Shown here piece by piece: positions 59,858 to 64,000 of a DNA stretch of 64,000 nucleotides. The stretch is taken from assembly GCA_963720545.1 (NCBI GenBank), contig OY970399.1, forward strand, positions 1,152,001 through 1,216,000, given 5' to 3'. This DNA comes from an uncultured Acidobacteriota bacterium. GTDB taxonomy: Bacteria; Acidobacteriota; Vicinamibacteria; Fen-336. The translations under genes and the position numbers were made by a program. The notes under the pieces are model-generated. The model ran no database searches. It was not told the origin of the DNA and worked only from the letters and a program-made list of their open reading frames with translations. Within the stretch, counting starts at the first letter, position 1; each line of letters starts with the position of its first letter.

Positions 59858-59893
59858 AGTGTGACGTCCCAACCGAGTGTGACGTCCCAACCG
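59858..59893. repeat. Perfect 18-bp tandem repeat AGTGTGACGTCCCAACCG x2
   Basis: Read directly, 4 bp after the HNH stop. Confidence 0.9.
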
Positions 59894-60152
59894 CTACTGT
59901 CCGGACGCAATGGCGAACCCCGGCAAGGATGCCGAAAGGCTGCCGGTTGAACGTCGCGGTGGAAAGGGTTCCGGCGAGTGGATCGGAATCCCAGTCGGGC
60001 TGCGGAGATGGACACCGCCGGCAGACGGCCTCGGAGCGTTCAGCAGGAGTGCCAGGAACGCTGCGCGGCATGCGGGAATGGGCCGAACGCTGCGCAGGGT
60101 AGACGTACGGGGACTTCCCGGCTGAAAAATCGCGGTAAAGTTGGGCCCTGCC

Positions 60153-60854
60153 ATGAGCCTCCTCGATCTCCTGAAGGGCAAGTGGGTCGACCCGACCTAC
60201 GCCAGCGTTCACGAAGGCGGCAACATCATCACCACGCGGCTCGATGCCGTCGTGAAGTGGGGGCGCAAGTCGTCTTTGTGGCCGATGCCTTTCGGCACGG
60301 CGTGCTGCGCCATCGAGTTCATGGCGTTCACCGCGTCGCACTATGACGTCGCGCGTTTCGGGGCCGAGGTGCTGCGGTTTTCGCCGCGCCAGGCCGACCT
60401 GATGTTCGTCGCCGGCACCATCCCCGACAAGCTGGCGCCAATCCTCAAGACCATCTACGACCAGATGCCCGAGCCGAAATGGGTCATCTCGATGGGAGTT
60501 TGCGCGTCATCGGGCGGGTTCTACCGCTCGTACCACGTGATGCAGGGCATCGACGAGATCATTCCGGTGGACGTCTACGTTCCCGGTTGTCCGCCGTCGC
60601 CCGAAGGGCTGATCGCGGCGATCATGAAGATCCAGGAAAAGATCAAGGCCGGCGACCAGGCGAAAGCACCCCAGGGAGTCAACCGCCTCGGCGTTCCCGG
60701 CGACGGCGCCATCGACCGTCGTCAGCGGCGCCAGGCGTGGGCGGCTGACGACGCGGCTCGCGCCGGCCACGGACTGCAGCCGCGCGGCCTCCTCCAGATC
60801 GCAGTCCCGGCCCGCAGCGCCGCCAGCAAGCCGTCCGATCCCCACCATGGCTAG
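60153..60854 (+). CDS. nuoB: NADH-quinone oxidoreductase subunit B
   Basis: [37 protein letters not shown]. Confidence 0.96.
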   Translation: MSLLDLLKGKWVDPTYASVHEGGNIITTRLDAVVKWGRKSSLWPMPFGTACCAIEFMAFTASHYDVARFGAEVLRFSPRQADLMFVAGTIPDKLAPILKTIYDQMPEPKWVISMGVCASSGGFYRSYHVMQGIDEIIPVDVYVPGCPPSPEGLIAAIMKIQEKIKAGDQAKAPQGVNRLGVPGDGAIDRRQRRQAWAADDAARAGHGLQPRGLLQIAVPARSAASKPSDPHHG

Positions 60855-62556
60855 TCCGGCGATCGACAGCCCGGCCGTGGGCGCCGACAAACCGGCCGTC
60901 CAGGCGCTGCGCCGTGCGCTCGGCGACGCGGTGCTCGCGGTCAGCGACTGGCGCGGCGACCTGGCGATCACCGTGACCCGCAAGTCGTGGGCGGTGGCGG
61001 CGCGCACCCTGCGCGACGACCCGGCGCTCGACTACAAGCTGTTCCTCGACCTCTGCGCCGTCGACTACCTCGACCGCGACCAGTGGAGCGAGCGCTACGA
61101 AGTGGTGCTGCACGTCTACTCCGTCTCGCACAAGCACCACATCCGCCTCAAGGTGGCGGTGCCCGAGAACGACCCCATCGTCGATTCGCTGATCCCGGTC
61201 TACAAGGGCGCCAACTGGTTCGAGCGCGAGGCCTGGGACCTCTACGGCATCGTCTTCAAGGACCACCCGAACCTCAGCCGCCTGCTCACCCACGACGACT
61301 TCGTCGGCCACCCGATGCGCAAGGACTACCCCACCGCGCAGCGCCACGTGCTGAAGACGCCGAAGGCGATGCTGCTCGACGTGCCCAAGGGCAGCGAGCA
61401 CCTGCTCGTGAACATCGGCCCGTCGCATCCGGCCATGCACGGCACCTTCCGCGTGCAGGCGCTGATGGACGGCGAGACGATCGCCAGGGGCGAAGCCGAA
61501 ATCGGCTACATGCACCGCAACTTCGAGAAGATGGCGGAGTCGCGCACCTACTGGCAGATCATCCCGTACACCGACCGCCTCAACTACTGCTCGGCGTTCA
61601 TGAACGGCCACGGCTGGGCGCTCGCGGTCGAGAAGCTGCTGGGCATCGCGGCGCCGCCGCGCGCCGAGGCCATCCGCGTCATCCTTTCCGAATTCTCGCG
61701 GATCATGGACCACTTCATCGCGATCACCACCAACGTGGTCGATCTCGGCGCCATCACGCCGTTCTTCGTGGTGTTCCGCGCCCGCGAAGACATCTACGAC
61801 CTCATCGAGGCCTGCTGCGGTGCGCGCCTGACCGTGAGTTATGTGCGCATCGGCGGGCTCGCGGCCGACGTGCCGTCAGACTTCGACGCGCGCGCCCGCC
61901 GGGCGCTCGACTCGGTGCGCGACGTGACCAGCCAGATGGAGAAGCTCCTCACCCGCAACATCATCTTCGCCAACCGCTTCCGCGACATCGGCGTGATGTC
62001 CAGGGAAGACGCGCTGAGCTGGGGCTGGGTGGGCCCGTGCCTGCGCGGTTCGGGCGTCGCCTACGACGTGCGCAAGGACCACCCTTATTCGGGCTACGAA
62101 CAATACGACTTCGACATCCCGGTGGGCACCGTCGGCGACTGCTACGACCGCTACCTGGTGCGCGTCGCCGAGATCTGGCAGAGCGTGCGCATCATCGAGC
62201 AGGCGATGGCGAAGATGCCGCACGGCCCGATCATCGTCGACGACAAGAAGGTCGCGCTGCCGCCGAAGTCGGAAGTGTTCGGCAACATCGAAGCGCTGAT
62301 GAACCACTTCAAGCTCGTCTACGACGGGATCCTGCCGCCGCCGGGCGAGGTCTACGGCTATACCGAGGGCGCCAACGGCGAGGTCGGCTTCTACATCGTG
62401 AGCGACGGCTCGAAGCATCCGTGGCGCGTCAAGGTGCGGCCGCCGTGCTTCAACATCTACCAGGCCTATCCCGAGATGATCGCGGGCGGGCTGCTCGCCG
62501 ACGCGGTCGCCATCATCGGCGGCCTCAACGTGGTCGCCGGCGAACTCGACCGATAG
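60847..62556 (+). CDS. nuoCD: Fused NADH-quinone oxidoreductase subunit C/D
   Basis: [19 protein letters not shown] (C); [26 protein letters not shown] (D). Confidence 0.95.
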   Translation: MASPAIDSPAVGADKPAVQALRRALGDAVLAVSDWRGDLAITVTRKSWAVAARTLRDDPALDYKLFLDLCAVDYLDRDQWSERYEVVLHVYSVSHKHHIRLKVAVPENDPIVDSLIPVYKGANWFEREAWDLYGIVFKDHPNLSRLLTHDDFVGHPMRKDYPTAQRHVLKTPKAMLLDVPKGSEHLLVNIGPSHPAMHGTFRVQALMDGETIARGEAEIGYMHRNFEKMAESRTYWQIIPYTDRLNYCSAFMNGHGWALAVEKLLGIAAPPRAEAIRVILSEFSRIMDHFIAITTNVVDLGAITPFFVVFRAREDIYDLIEACCGARLTVSYVRIGGLAADVPSDFDARARRALDSVRDVTSQMEKLLTRNIIFANRFRDIGVMSREDALSWGWVGPCLRGSGVAYDVRKDHPYSGYEQYDFDIPVGTVGDCYDRYLVRVAEIWQSVRIIEQAMAKMPHGPIIVDDKKVALPPKSEVFGNIEALMNHFKLVYDGILPPPGEVYGYTEGANGEVGFYIVSDGSKHPWRVKVRPPCFNIYQAYPEMIAGGLLADAVAIIGGLNVVAGELDR

Positions 62557-62571
62557 GAACCAAGCAGCATC

Positions 62572-64000
62572 ATGCCGAAGTGCACCATCAACGGCCGCGA
62601 GTTCGAGGTGGCGCCGGGGACCACCGTCATCCAGGCCGCCCTGGCCAACGGCATCGACATCCCGCATTTCTGCTGGCACCCCGACCTGGTGGTCGACGGC
62701 AACTGCCGCATGTGCCTGGTCGAAGTCGAGAAGATGCCCAAGCTGCAGATCGCCTGCAACACCCAGGTGACGGACGGCATGGTCATCACCACCAATTCGG
62801 AGAAGGCCTCCGATGCGCACCGCACCACCCTCGAGTTCCTGCTGGTCAACCATCCCATCGACTGCCCGGTCTGCGACCAGGCCGGCGAGTGCTACCTGCA
62901 GGACCAGTACATGGACCACGGACTGCACGAGTCGGAGGTGGAGGTCGAGGAGAAGGTGCACAAGCGCAAGGTGGTCGACCTCGGCCCCATCATGCTCGAC
63001 GCCGAGCGCTGCGTGCTGTGCTCGCGCTGCCTCCGCTACGAACGCGACGTCACCGCCACCAACAGCTTCGAGTTCAAGAACCGCGGCGACCACATGCAGA
63101 TCTCCACGTTCGAGGAGCGGCCGATCACCCACGACTACGCCGGCAACCTCGCCGACATCTGCCCGGTGGGGGCGCTGCTCTCGCACGACTTCCGCTTCAA
63201 GATGCGCGTCTGGTTCCTGAAAGAGACGGAATCGATCTGCCCCGGCTGCTCGACCGGCTGCAACATGTTCATCGACCATCGCGACGCCGAGGCGCAGCGC
63301 TTCCGCCCGCGCCGCAACCCCGCGGTCAACAAGTCGTGGATGTGCGACCCCGGACGCGCGCTCTACAAGGGGATCGGCGCGGCCTCGCGGCTGGCTTCGG
63401 CGCAGGTGCGCACCACAGCCGGCCTGCAGCCGTCTTCGCTCGACACGGCGCTCGAACAGGCGGCGACGCAGCTGCAGGCCGCCGGCAAGGCGTCGGCGTT
63501 CCTCGCGACCCCGCAGGCATCGAACGAGGACTTGTGGGCGTTCGCGCGGCTCGCGGACGGCATGCGGCGGCAAGCTCGACTTCCGCGTCGGCGACCCGCA
63601 GGACAAGCTCGAGGTGCGCCTCGACAACATCCTGCAGCACGCCGACCGCAACCCGAACACCCGCGGCTGCCTCGACCAGGGGCTCGGCCGCGACGGTGTC
63701 GAGGCCATCGTCTCCGCGTGCCGCAACGGCGACATCCGGGCGCTGGTGCTGCAAGGCCCCGAGCTGCTGCGCGACGCGGCGGTGGCCGAAGCCGTGGCGC
63801 GGGTGCCGTTCGTCGTGGTGATGGCGAGCCACGACGAAACCGCGCTGGCCGGCGCCAGCGTGGTGCTGCCCGCCGCCGCATGGGCCGAAACCGAGGGCAC
63901 CTTCACCAACTACCAGGGCCGCGTGCAGCGGTTCCGCAAGGCGTTTCCACCTCCCGGCGATGCGCGCGCCCGCTGGGAGCTCGCCGCGGCGCTCCTTTCG
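62572..64000 (+). CDS. nuoG: NuoG-like Fe-S/molybdopterin-fold subunit (frameshift near 63565; runs off the window)
   Basis: FCWH..GNCRMC..AC, HPIDCPVCDQAGEC, CVLCSRC, DICPVG, CPGCSTGC..C; later E.EGTFTN.QGRVQ. Confidence 0.88.
   Translation, partial: MPKCTINGREFEVAPGTTVIQAALANGIDIPHFCWHPDLVVDGNCRMCLVEVEKMPKLQIACNTQVTDGMVITTNSEKASDAHRTTLEFLLVNHPIDCPVCDQAGECYLQDQYMDHGLHESEVEVEEKVHKRKVVDLGPIMLDAERCVLCSRCLRYERDVTATNSFEFKNRGDHMQISTFEERPITHDYAGNLADICPVGALLSHDFRFKMRVWFLKETESICPGCSTGCNMFIDHRDAEAQRFRPRRNPAVNKSWMCDPGRALYKGIGAASRLASAQVRTTAGLQPSSLDTALEQAATQLQAAGKASAFLATPQASNEDLWAFARLADGMRRQARLPRRRPAGQARGAPRQHPAARRPQPEHPRLPRPGARPRRCRGHRLRVPQRRHPGAGAARPRAAARRGGGRSRGAGAVRRGDGEPRRNRAGRRQRGAARRRMGRNRGHLHQLPGPRAAVPQGVSTSRRCARPLGARRGAPF

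Overview
High-GC bacterial chromosome segment. It is most likely Acidobacteriota (Vicinamibacteria-like); this is inferred from two ADOP-type duplicated permeases and the gene set, not proven. 1-9.26 kb is backbone: PBP1B, tRNA-Val(CAC), YhhQ, two PilZ proteins, ApaG, a VKOR-DsbA fusion, RidA and tRNA-Thr(CGT). Directly after tRNA-Thr comes a ~23 kb accessory region with weaker codon bias and many frameshifts. It carries a PGM1-like ATP-grasp ligase, a low-oxygen-type gene set (DHOD-like flavoprotein, USPs, malic enzyme, MgtC/DUF4010, PAS-LuxR), a Tat-signal alpha-hydroxy acid oxidase with a CxxCH insert, and the Hen1-Pnkp RNA repair pair. It also holds a porin-cytochrome electron-conduit operon: decaheme MtrA/MtoA-like, MtrB-like porin, monoheme cytochrome and tetraheme NapC/CymA-like. 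32-58 kb holds envelope and transport genes: ADOP permeases, a TonB receptor with an AT-rich operator, an RND efflux system with a two-component pair, a kinase-like/Omp85 fusion, amidases and lipoproteins. At 58.2-60.1 kb is a DUF222-like HNH nuclease gene flanked and interrupted by copies of a palindromic repeat. The window ends in a nuoB-nuoCD-nuoG cluster lacking adjacent nuoA/E/F. Many frameshifts are probably long-read indel errors. All family calls come from motif recognition, not database searches.
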